DNA from: the human T2T-CHM13v2.0 reference genome, Homo sapiens | DNA length: 64,000 bases | Direction: 5' to 3' (one strand) | Assembly (NCBI RefSeq): GCF_009914755.1 | Contig: NC_060931.1 | Shown: one piece after another, positions 13,696 through 24,806 of the stretch | Layout: each line of letters begins with the position of its first letter | Position numbering within the stretch: the first letter of the stretch is position 1 | Program-made: the position numbers and the translations under genes | The notes under the pieces: model-generated | The model's input: only the letters and a program-made list of their open reading frames with translations | Databases searched by the model: none | What the model was told of the DNA's origin: nothing

Positions 13696-14274
13696 AATAT
13701 GCTATTATTTATCTTCCTAGATTATCTTTTTCCTCCCTTTTATTCAAAACCATCTCTCCTTTCTTCAGCCACCCTAACTTATTTCCTCAGAAGCAGATTC
13801 TTGTGTCTTGCTCTGGGCTGTCAGAACACTTGGCTCATATCTCTGGTAGAGCACCCAATGCACCTTCTTGTGATTTTTCTGCGTCTGTCTCTCTCATTTC
13901 CATCAGATTATGAGCTCTTAAAAGATGCATGCTGTCTGTTTTTCACATTTACTCCCTAACACCAGGAACACCACCAAATCAACGTTCAGTGAATGATAAT
14001 TGAATAAACTTATTCCCCTCATGCAAGAAGACCTCCCTTTTAGTTCTTGGATGCCAAAAATTGGCTGCTTTATTTGATCCACAGCAGATGTTTTAAGGCC
14101 TGGCAGAGAAGTCCACACATTGGTATCTTCTGATGAAATTCACCAAGGAAGTCAGCACCAGTAACCATAACAAGTTGAAATTTTAGCAAAATGTCCTCTT
14201 GTGTCTTTTTGAAAGTGAGTCTCCCTTAACTGTATGTATTCTCTCACTCTCAAGCAGCTTTAGATTTGGAGTCT

Positions 14275-14495
14275 GGTCAGTGGTTTAGAGCATGAATGCT
14301 GGAGTCAGACTGTCTGGGATTAAATCTTGTCTCTACCAATTCTTAGCTGTCTACTTGACCTCCCTGGGCCTCACTTTCTTCATCCATAAGAAGGGGATGA
14401 TAACAATAGTACCTACCTCATAGGATGGTGCTGAGAATTAAACAAATAGGTAGTAAGTGCTTAGAACAGTGTCTGGCATGTAGTAACCACTTAAG
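14275..14495 (+). mobile_element. MIR
   Basis: ggagtcagactgtctgggatt...gggcctcactttcttcatcc...atagtacctacctcatagg...gtgcttagaacagtgtctggca. Confidence 0.8.
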
Positions 14496-14569
14496 CACCA
14501 AACATTTTTGTTGACAATTTGCCCTATGTTAAATATAGGAAAGGAAAAGAGAGAACTTCTGGTCTGGAC

Positions 14570-15612
14570 AAAATATTATAGAAAATGGGCAAATGGAATG
14601 AAGAGACATTTTGCAGAAGAGGATATACAGATGGCAAATAAGTATATGAAAACATGTTCAAAATCATTAGCCATCAAAAAATGCAAATTAAGAACTTGGT
14701 GAGATATTACTTCACACCTATCAAAATGGGTAAAACAAAAAATAGTAACAACATCAGAGCTGGTGAGGATGCAAAGGGGCTGGATCATGCCACATTGCTG
14801 GTGGAAATGAAAAATGGCCAGGCCGCTCTGAAAAACAGTTTGGCAGTTTCTTATAAAATTAAACATGCCACTACCATATGGGCCAGCAATTGCACTCCTG
14901 ATTATTTGCCCTAGAGAAATTAAAACTTATGTGCACACCAAAAGAAGTACACAATTGTTCACAGTAGCTTCCTTTGCAATAGACGAAACTGCAGTCAGCT
15001 CAGATGTCTTTCAGCAGATGAATGGGTTAGATAAATTGCGGTACATCCATAACATGGAATATTTTTCAGCAATAAAAAGGAATGAACTATTGATACATGA
15101 AACCACCTGAATGAATCTCCACAGAATTATGCTAAGTGAAAAAACAATAACAATGGTTATATGTTATATATACTGTATGATTTAATTTATATAACATTCC
15201 CGAAATAATAAAATGATAGAGAGAGAGGACAGATTAGTGGTTGTCAGGGACCACTGTGGAGTCTGGGAGGGTAAAGGGAAGGGGCATGGCTGTAAAAGAG
15301 CAACAGGAGAGATCTCTGTGGTGTTGGAAATGTTTAGTATCTTGACTGGTGCTGGATACAAGAACTTACACAAATGATAAAATTGTATAGAACTCAATAC
15401 ACACAGACAGAGTTGGGGAAATCTGAAGATAGGTGGATTGTACCAATATCAATACTGTCTTTGAGATACTGTGATATTGTGCTGTAGTTTTACAAAATGT
15501 CACCATCGGGGGAAACTGTGCACAATATACAAGGGATCTATCTCTCTGTATTATTTCTTACAACTACATGTGAACTACAATTATCTCAATTAAAATGCCA
15601 ATTAAAATAAAA
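14570..15612 (+). mobile_element. L1MC-type 3' end
   Basis: ORF2 C-terminal remnant (ORF track 14508-15110: KRHFAEEDIQMANKYMKTCS, PAIALLIICPREIKTYVH) followed by the L1MC 3'UTR and A-tail. Confidence 0.85.
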
Positions 15613-16679
15613 TAGGAAAAGACAACCATTCACCTTGCCTCTTATTTTAGTAGGTATTTATTGTTTAATGTGACAATTCATATCTGAAAGATTAAATATT
15701 TTCTATTTTTTTTTCAGTGAAATGATAATAAATGACATCAGATTTTCTTATAGATTAAAGAGTTCCCTATTATCAGGACCTGACATGTGTTCAAAACTGC
15801 CCAGAGCAAAGACATAGTGCTCACTTGCCAGGGGATATTGATCTGAGACAGCTCACTCTCCTCTCTAAGAGGCTGATGGAGACAACCAACGAGATCCAGC
15901 AAGATCTCTGGGATAAAACAGGCCTATGAATATTCAGTGCTCTCTCTTCCTCTCTCTTTCCCCCTCCCTGAATTGAGAAGGTGGAGCCTCATCACTCATC
16001 AGCACAGAAACTACCCCTAGATTGGCTATGAAAGGCAAATCTTTTAAGAGAACATTTTATAGATTATTGACTAAAATAAATTGTCTGGAAATGCTCAATC
16101 ATTTTATAAATAATTCTTATTCATAAAGATGGGATATTTGTGATTAAAGTGAAATATATTCATTTAAAGCTAGTTACCATCAGGCATCCATCAGGAATGA
16201 AGGCACAAGTGAATTCAGCCATACATCAAAGGGCTCTTGGACTACAAATCATGCCATGGACACAACGGCTCCTTGCACTTATGCTGGGAGCGCTGTAGGC
16301 TGAGGGTCTATGACTTCAGCATTGCACATATGTGGTTGTTATTTAGAACTCTCCAAGGTATAGATTTACATTACCATCTGCCCTGTCAGTTGCTGTTTAC
16401 ATCTGCCTTAAAAGGGGGAGGGGCATAATCAATTAAAGAGTATGTACGAAGCCCTGGGAAAAATCAGCAACAGCAACAACAGCCCGAACTTGGGAGTAGT
16501 AGACATGTCTATTCAAAGGGGAAATCAGGGATTCATACTCTTCTGTCTTTGAAAATATTCCCTTTGAACTGTGGAAATTAAGTGACAAAAGGATTTGTTA
16601 AAATCTACAGGCTGGAATATGCTTAACACAATTAAGCTTCTCCAAAGAGCCTCAGAAAAATCTAAATTATATATTTTAA

Positions 16680-17772
16680 AATTCATTAATGATGAATTGG
16701 ACTTTATAAAAATTTAAAAGCTATGCTTTGTGAAAGACTCCATGAAAAGATTAAAAATACAAACTGCAAACTGGGAGAAAGTATTTGCAACCCATATTTC
16801 TAATAAAGAACTAGTATCTGGAATATCTAGGATCCAGTTCAAAACTCAACAGTAATATAAAAAGTCCCATTAGAAGGTAGACAAGAGACATGAAGTAACA
16901 TTTCACCAGAGAAACTACGCAGATGACAAATAAGCACATGAAAAAATGTTTAGCATAATTAGTCATGCACAGAATGCAAATTAAAACCATGACGAGATAT
17001 TACTACTGAACCTACCTCTGAGAATGGCTTTTTAAAAATACTGGCAACACCAAATTCTGGTGAAGATACAGAGAAACTGGACCCTTCGTACATTGCTGGT
17101 GGGAATGGGAAATGCTACAGCCGCTTTGGTGTTATTGTAAAAGGAAACATGCAATTGTCAGTAATTACTCTTCTGGGCATTATCCCAGAGAAATTAAAAA
17201 TTATGTTCACGCAAAAGCCTCTCTACATGAATGTTCATAGCAGCTTTATTTGTAATAGCCAAACATTGGTAACAATCCAGGTGTATATACAAGATGTCAC
17301 ACCAACTGTGGTCCATTCTATGGAATACTATTCAGCAATGACAAAGAACAAATTATTGACACACACAACAACCTGAATGGATCTCTAGGGAATAATGCTG
17401 AGTGAAAAAAAAAAAGCCAAACCCAAAAGGCTACCTACTGTATTATTCCATTATTAAAACATTCTTGAATTGACAAAATTATAGAAATGGAGAATAGATT
17501 CATGGTTGCCGAGTTTAAAAAGTGATTGGGAGCAGGAGGTTAGGAAGGAACGGAGGGGGGCATGGCTATATAACGGCAAGATAAGGGAGGCTTGTGGTGA
17601 CAGAAATGTTCTGTATATATTCATGTAAATATCAACATACTGGTTTTGATATTGTAGGATAGTTTCATAAGATGTTACCATTGGATATAACTGCTTACGT
17701 ATAGGAGATCTCCCTGTATTATCCCTCACAACGACATGTAGATCTATTATCTCAAAACAGTTTAATTCAAAA
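16680..17772 (+). mobile_element. L1MC/L1MD-type 3' end
   Basis: ctgggagaaagtatttgcaa, cacatgaaaaaatgtt, atggaatactattcagcaatg, gatgttaccattgg, attatctcaaaa. Confidence 0.85.
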
Positions 17773-17886
17773 GAAGAATTCAAGGATTTCAGAAGGAAAG
17801 TATATCTTTTCCACTCAAGTGTGGACTGAAGATGCTGCTAACTCATTGGCCAACAAGGCTGTTGTTAAGAAGATAAAGTAAGGCAG

Positions 17887-18012
17887 GGTTTAATGCCTAG
17901 GTGATGGGTTGATAGGTCCAGCAAACCACCATGGCACACGTTTACCTATGTAACAAACCTGCACGTCCTGCACATGTGTCCCAGCACTGAAAATAAAATA
18001 AAATTTAAAAAA
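17887..18012 (+). mobile_element. Heavily 5'-truncated primate L1PA 3' tail with TSD
   Basis: gatgggttgatagg.cagcaaaccaccatggcacacgtttacctatgtaacaaacctgcac followed by an A-tail. Flanked by aagaagataaagtaaggcag (17867-17886) and aagaagataaagcaggcag (18015-18033). Confidence 0.9.
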
Positions 18013-18824
18013 TGAAGAAGATAAAGCAGGCAGTTTTGAACACAGACCTGCTTCTAGGCCCTGTCCCTCAACATCTAGGGCCTTCCCTTCCTAGACAAGA
18101 GCATCACCTTTCAGCAACCCTCATCTCTTCCCAGGAGGTCCCAATAAGGATCAACACAAAATGGAACAGGCAAAGAAGTCCATTCTCTGCTTATCTGTTA
18201 CCATGGCAAAAGTCTAACCCTAGGAGTCAACCTCTTGGTGAGTTTACTATGGTTCTAGCCCTGTTATTTGGGATCCTGGCAAGTGGGAGGGAGGCACCAA
18301 CAAACACATTGCCAGTGGCAAGCAGGCAGTTGAAACCAAGGGGTTGCCAGGGACCTGCTCTGCAGGGAACCTCAGGTAAGACTGGAAAAAATATGGATGT
18401 GTGGATGGTGCTCACGTATCTTCTGTGAGAACATATTTCTTGGGCATCACTGGGTGGTCCATTGGCTGCTATCAGGGGGTCTGGAGCCCTTCTAGTGGGT
18501 CCTGATACCTACCTGATCTCCCAGACTGGCCTTCCTGCTTTGGAGTCAAAACTGCTGCTCCTCCAAACCCCAGTGGGCTCTCCTCCAGTGAGCAGACCCA
18601 AAACATAGAACCTTCCTCTCCAAAAGACAGCATGTCTCCCGCCTCTCCCACCTTGCTTAAACATCCACTCTTGAGTGCCTACGTATTCCTAATATTGGTA
18701 CATTTGGCTTTGTTCCTTTGAAGGAGGAAATTTTTTCTGGCCTGCACACTATAACCTATAGAGTTGGGGGCTGCTTTCTTTGCTATGTGCTGTTTGAAAT
18801 GCTCTCTTTGCTGAGAGGTATTGC

Positions 18825-19060
18825 AAAGTGGTTACAAGCGTGGACCCTAGCATTTCATTACCCCATTCAAACCCTAGCTTCACCATGTGGGGAGACCTTG
18901 GTCAGATGATTTGGTAACTCTTGAGCCCCAGCTTCCTCATCAATAAAATGGGATGATGACTGTAGCTCATCTCACAAGGTTGGCCTGAGGGTTAAGTAAG
19001 TAGATATGTGTGAAGTCTCTAGAAGAGTGTCTGGCATTTTGGTAGCCTTACATAAATGTT
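18825..19060 (+). mobile_element. MIR
   Basis: gagccccagcttcctcatcaataaaatgggatgatga...gagtgtctggca...ataaatgttagc. Confidence 0.7.
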
Positions 19061-19349
19061 AGCAGTAGCTACCCTTCTCTTCCTCCTCATGATAGTACTT
19101 TGAGAAGCAGCAATAGTGATTGAAAGTACTCCGGATTTAAACTTAAATAGCTTTGAGAGTCGAAATTAGCTGTGGCCTCTCTTGGGCATATCACTTAACT
19201 TCTTGTGCCTCAGTTTCCATATTTACAAAATCAGGCCAAAAAAAATCTATCGCATGGGAATTCAATGATGTAGCTGGTTTGTCTGAATTTCTCTGGTGTG
19301 CACACCGGAAACTCAAAGCACGACTCTATACTGTACTTTTGTAATGTAC

Positions 19350-19500
19350 AATGATTGCCGTGGAGAGCAGCGATGGAGATGTTAGTCCTCTTTCCTTCTC
19401 CATCCCCCTTGCCCTGGTGCCTGTGAAACAGAGCATCCCCATGGCAACAGCAGCAGCTGGTCCCTAGATAAGAGGAGCTGGAGCCGGCCAGCAGCAGCCA
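19350..19500 (+). promoter_or_regulatory. PPP1R17 core/proximal promoter (not a CpG island)
   Basis: X-box-like ATCCCCATGGCAAC 19435-19448, E-box CAGCTG 19454-19459 and TATA-like GATAAGA 19467-19473 lie directly upstream of exon 1. Confidence 0.6.
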
Positions 19501-19587
19501 CTGCCGCAGAGGAGCCAGGCCCAGCCTCGGTGAGCACACACGCCCTCCCTGTCTCTCGCCTTCGCTTCCCTGCATCTGCGCTGATTG
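19500..19587 (+). other. PPP1R17: PPP1R17 exon 1 (non-coding, 5'UTR); 5' end approximate
   Basis: Ends at a consensus donor TTG|GTAAGT (GT at 19588-19589). GC-rich, pyrimidine-rich leader with no ATG. When spliced to exon 2 there is an in-frame TGA at 19582-19584 upstream of the ATG. TSS inferred from a CA initiator ~30 nt after a TATA-like GATAAGA. Confidence 0.75.
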
Positions 19588-21149
19588 GTAAGTGCTTCAG
19601 ATTTTTACTCCAAGAACTTTTGTGGTGAGAAAAGCAAGTTTCCAGTCAGTTACTGGGACAAAGAAGGCTGTAGCTGGTGGCACGGGGTTGTGCTTTATGG
19701 AGCAAGGCTAAGCTGGGGCCGAGTGGACAGCAGAAAAAGTTACCACTTTCAAGTCATTCTTCCAAGGGAGGGAATGGAGTTCTGTAAAAGACTGAACCCT
19801 CACAAACTCATTTGCAAAGTTTCAAGATGAAGTTGGTGTATCTGCATATTCACACAGGATAGAGAGGTTTATCTTCCAAGGCTGGGGAAAGTACAGAAAG
19901 TATGCTTCTCAAAACACATTCTCCATGCCCTACTTTAAGTCAGTCTCTCCTCCAGGAATACTGCCAATTTAGGTTTTCTAAATGAACAAATCTGATTTTA
20001 AAAGACGGTACTTTTTGACCTGAATTCAATCCTCTGGTTAAAAAGAGGTTTGACAATGAATATGTATTTTACATAGCCAGAGGGTGCATTAACGAGATAC
20101 CACATAGGCTGTGGATACAACCTTCTACCCTTTTATTCCATCCAGTAAATCAAGACCTGATTACTTTGGGGGATATTCTTCAGAATACCGTATGGTAAGC
20201 TAAGTGTCAACTCGCTTCTGAGAATCAGTTCTATTATGTTCCCAAGATTTAGAAATGGGTTGGTTTTTGTCTTGAACTATTCTCATCTCATTACCAGCTT
20301 CAGAGAAGGCCAGAGATGGGATAAAGAGATAATTCTGATAGATCAATTTAGATAGACATATAATCACAAATGGAGGACTGAAAGATCCAAGAAGGTCCCT
20401 CACACTCACGAAAATGTCAGTGTGTAGGACCTGGGCTCGGGACTCCATGCACATTCTATGGGTAATACTCTCAACAACCCTGGAGAAGAGCCACTATCTT
20501 CCCCCATTTAACAGATTTGAAAACTAAATTTTTGAGAGAACAGATAACTGTCCCAAGTTCACCCAGCTAGAGAGTGGTACAAGCAGCCAAACGTTGGCTT
20601 CTACCTTATATTGACTCACAGCATCCAATCTTACAGTTGAGAGGAATTTTCTTCCCATAATTTAAACCGCATATTCTCACATCCAACTGAGAAAACCGCT
20701 CAATGATAAGAGAAAAGACAAAAAATCCAGACCAGCTTCTGACCACACACTGAACCAACTAATGTGTTTCAGCTCCGCTGGTGTGCCTGCCTTTCTGCAA
20801 TATAGTGGGGTCCCTTTTCTGGCACCCAGTTCCTTCCCCCTTTCAGTTCCTGTTCTCAAAAGAGAAGGTGACCTTTGTCATTAACAATCCCTGTGTATTG
20901 TGACATCAATTTACATATTGCTGCTCTTAGTGGTATTTGCATTTACAAGTATCTCTCTGTAAAAAGAAAGGTTTTGTCCCTTGTGAAAAGGAAGGTAAGG
21001 ATTAGTAAGAGGAAGTTACAAGAGTTTAAAATCTGAAATCCTGAAATCCTTTCTCAAACCCTGAAATCATATCTCTTGGTCTCTTGCATACTACACTGAA
21101 TACCTACATTCTGTCAAACAACCACAACCAGAAGAGTAATTCGATCAAT

Positions 21150-21436
21150 ACTCTTTCATTCTCTAATTAAGAAATCTGAAACATTTTGAAAACCAAAAGG
21201 TTTGTTGTTAAGTTCAACACAAACTCATTTGGTAGCAAAGCCTGACCTGAAAGAATGTGAATTTTTTGTGGTTTGTCTTTATGTCACTTAGTGTGAATAT
21301 TCATAGTTTTGCTGCAGAAATAATGGATGTGACTGCTGGTGCTCCTTGAGACCCCTCTAGAGCTGTTATATAATTTAAACAGTCCTGATTTCCACAGCAC
21401 GTTTGACTCCAGGCTTGTCACAAGGGTGGGTGGCCA
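21150..21436 (-). mobile_element. MER46C-like Tigger MITE
   Basis: caaactcatttggtagcaaagcctgacctga...cacttagtgtgaatattcata...tgctgcagaaataat matches the recalled MER46C reverse complement. Confidence 0.7.
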
Positions 21437-24078
21437 ATATTGCAATGACAGTGGCAGTCCACGTCCCTGTGTGAGTGTTAGAATTCAGAGCCCACACTGA
21501 ACCAATAAGTGGAAAGAGGATGTTAAAAAGGTCACAAGTCTTTGTAGTAGACACAGTTTATGAAAACACCCCCAAATGTGAAGTATTAGACAACAAGCCT
21601 CTCTGGAGGCCCTAGCTTTTTGGTTGAATTCTGAAGATGCAGAGGACCAACTATGCAGGCATGAAAGAAAGAGCTGGTGCCTTAGAAAGTTCCCAAGTTA
21701 CAGGGAGATGATGAAACCTTCCCTGGGCAGCCCAACAAGTGCAGCATCCCTTTATGACACCTGCTTGGGGTAGAGACTGAATTAAAGAGAGGAAGGCGTG
21801 GGTAGAGTCAGGAATAGGAAATGGAAATATTCCATTTCCTATGTCAAGAATTAGACCGGCTCATGTCTTAAAACAGCTCACTCATAAAGAGCGCCCCTTC
21901 TCACTGAGGATAGAAATGGAGAGTGAGTTGAGAGATGGGGTCATTATACTAACAGGCTATGAAAATTATCAATAAGCCAACACTAAACTCCAAATGTCTT
22001 TCCCCTCCACTTGCTTGTTCTTTTCTTTGTGTGAAAATTTTCTCCTAAGAAGTCCGTAATGACATCATTCATGATAAAAGTATCTTCTAACCCCATGAGC
22101 AAAACACATCCCTGCACGGCATGGGATATTCTTGTAATGTAAAATCCCAGATCTGGAAATTGTCTCTCAGCCCCTTAGCAAACAGTCTTGCTGGTTCACC
22201 ACCACCATTCTTTAAATCACACTGATTTGAAATAGTGTTGTTTCTCCCATAGACAAGATGAGCTATGCTGTGGAGGAAGCATGTGTCAGTTTTGTGACGA
22301 ATCACTGCTTTCCCTCACCTTGTCCAGGGGCCTCTGACATGTTTGATTATTCAATTCATCGGCCAGAGACAGGCTTTCTTTTTCTAGACTGGTGCTGCCA
22401 TAGCTGCTTTGCTCAGAGGAGGCCTGGACCTCCCGTGGCTAAGCATCTGAAAGAAAAGTTCAATTGCTTTTTAGAATCTTTTCATTATACAACGGGTCTT
22501 CCTTAGCCAAAAATCTAGCGTGGTAGATAGACAACATTACATAAAAATAGCTGCCACTTGAATTATGACTACAATGTGCTAAGCATGCAGCTATGCTATT
22601 TCATCTTCACAGTTACTCCACCCAGTAGGTATTATTATCTCTATTTTACAGATGAGGAAACTCAGGGTAAGCTCGGGGGACAGAGAGGGACATATGTTTC
22701 TGGGTGCCAGACTGTGTGGGCACCACAAAGATGTTAGCCTTTGCAAATTTTATTGTAGCAGACTTAACTTGTGTGGAGAGGGGGCAAAAATGATTCTATT
22801 ACATTGGGCCCCATTTACTCTCACTACATCTTTAAGATTTAGCAACTTCATCGAAGTCATATGGCTTTTTAGTTTAAGAGCTGAGATTTAAACTAGGTCT
22901 ATTTGACTCAAGAATCCAGATTCAAACTAAATAACCTGCTATTAGGCACATAAGAACAGCCATAGGATCCAAGTTAAAAACCGCCTTACCTTTCAAGGGT
23001 CGGGGAGAAGGATAAAGGTACTAACAGCAGATAGGACCTTCAGTAGATAGTAAGTGCGTGGCTTCAAATGATTACTCTGATTCTAAGTGTTTTACTAATG
23101 GTATGTCATTTCAACATTTTTGAGCCTCAGTTTCTTCTTCTGAGGAATGAATATTTTCAACAGATCCTCTATGGGGTAATTTTCAACATAATATGTATGA
23201 CTGGGCCCATGACTCTGCCTGAAGAGGAGGAAAATTGGTTAAATAGGTGCATAAGACCATATCTGATGCTGCCTTGAGACCTCAGCACTCATCCTGAGTG
23301 ATGTTCCCATGGCCCATCCAAGCTAACAGCATACTTCCTGATGGTCGCAGGGAGTTGGCAATCTCTATACAAACACTGAAAACAATGGTCTGAATTGATT
23401 TCTTCTGAAGTCACTCAGTACAATCAGTCTGCACAGAGTGACTCTAAAAGCTGTGCTCAAGTGATCAGTTAATAGCTCCATCTGCTATCCAGTGATCTCA
23501 GCACATAGAGGAAGAGACCCTCCCACCTTTTCAGAGAAAACCGGTTTATTCCTCAAAAGACAACAGAGTTGAACTCATTTTATGAGCTTGAAACATTAGC
23601 ACAACTGGTCTGTGTGTTCATCTGCATGCTGGTTGTCAAGAAATCTCAAAAGAAAAGAATTGGTTGGGCGATTTTAATCTTATTTATTCCTCCCCCACCA
23701 CTCTTGCTATAGTAGGACATGAGTAATAAATTATCTAAAAAGAACTCAAGATACAGAATCTAGCCAGGCTCTAATGAAGATTTTCTATAAATCTCAGCTA
23801 ATGCATTTCTCCTTCAGACCTGACACATATCCATTCTGGAATTCCACTGCTCCTGGGCGACAGCTATAACTAATAGCTCTGGAAAGTTCAATGAACTTTC
23901 CAGGAAAGATGGAGGGTGGGGACGGGGACAGATTTGTTCTCATGTCTGGAATCCCTAGGGAGAAAATAAAGATCTATCCAAAACCCAGATTTTCTCCTAC
24001 CATGTTTCTACCACCATCATAATGTGGATGGGAAGGTAGTCTCTTTACTTTATACAATAGTTGTAGAATGTAATGATT

Positions 24079-24105
24079 AAAAAAAAAAAAAAAAAAAAAA
24101 AAAAA
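24079..24105 (+). repeat. Poly(A)27 tract
   Basis: Read directly. Confidence 0.95.
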
Positions 24106-24724
24106 CCAAGCAAAAAACCCACAACAGAAGCCTTATTCAATTCGGGTTCAAAGGATTCATTTTATTTTTAAGAGACTCAGGTGTCTAATGGAAGTCAGCA
24201 GGACTGGACCTGTATATAGCCTTGGCTATTTAATAGATGTGTGACTAAATTAATTAAATTTTCTGAGCCTCTGTCTCCTCATCTGTGAAGTAGACATAAT
24301 CCTACTTTGCAGAACTCAACAGAAAAAACATAGGCAAGGTTTAAGCATGATTTTCTGTGACTCTCAGCTAATTCACTTCTTATTCAGACTTGACAATTGC
24401 TTATTCTGAAACTCTCAAAGTGTCTCTGAGAGAGGGCAAATATTGGACATTTGATACATGACAATTATGAATAAATCTGTCAGTGTGAGGGTGGGAGGGT
24501 TCATTTTATTTTGGCTTAAATCTCAAGTTTACAGTTTCTAATAGCCAAGTTTAAGAAGCACACATAAAGAAACAGGATTGGATTGGGAACACAATAGCAG
24601 GTGCTCAACAAATATATTTACTTAGCAAATGATTGAATGAATGAATAAACAGAGCCATACTTATTAACTGTTTTTTATACTTCCTTAGTGCTGGAGAAGA
24701 AATACATCCACCCACCCTCCTTTG

Positions 24725-24806
24725 ATGATGTCCACTGAGCAAATGCAGCCACTGGAACTCTCAGAAGACAGACTGGACAAGCTAGACCCTCGTTGCAGCC
24801 ACTTAG
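24725..24806 (+). CDS. PPP1R17: PPP1R17 (G-substrate) coding part of exon 2 (exon 24689-24806), aa 1-27 MMSTEQMQPLELSEDRLDKLDPRCSHL
   Basis: Acceptor ttttttatacttccttAG at 24687-24688, ATG at 24725, donor G|GTAAAC after 24806 (phase 1). Peptide recognised as the G-substrate N-terminus. Confidence 0.95.

Noticed and set aside
13608-13959. ORFs with (MDGW)n repeats
   Set aside because: Translation of the (GGAT)n microsatellite.
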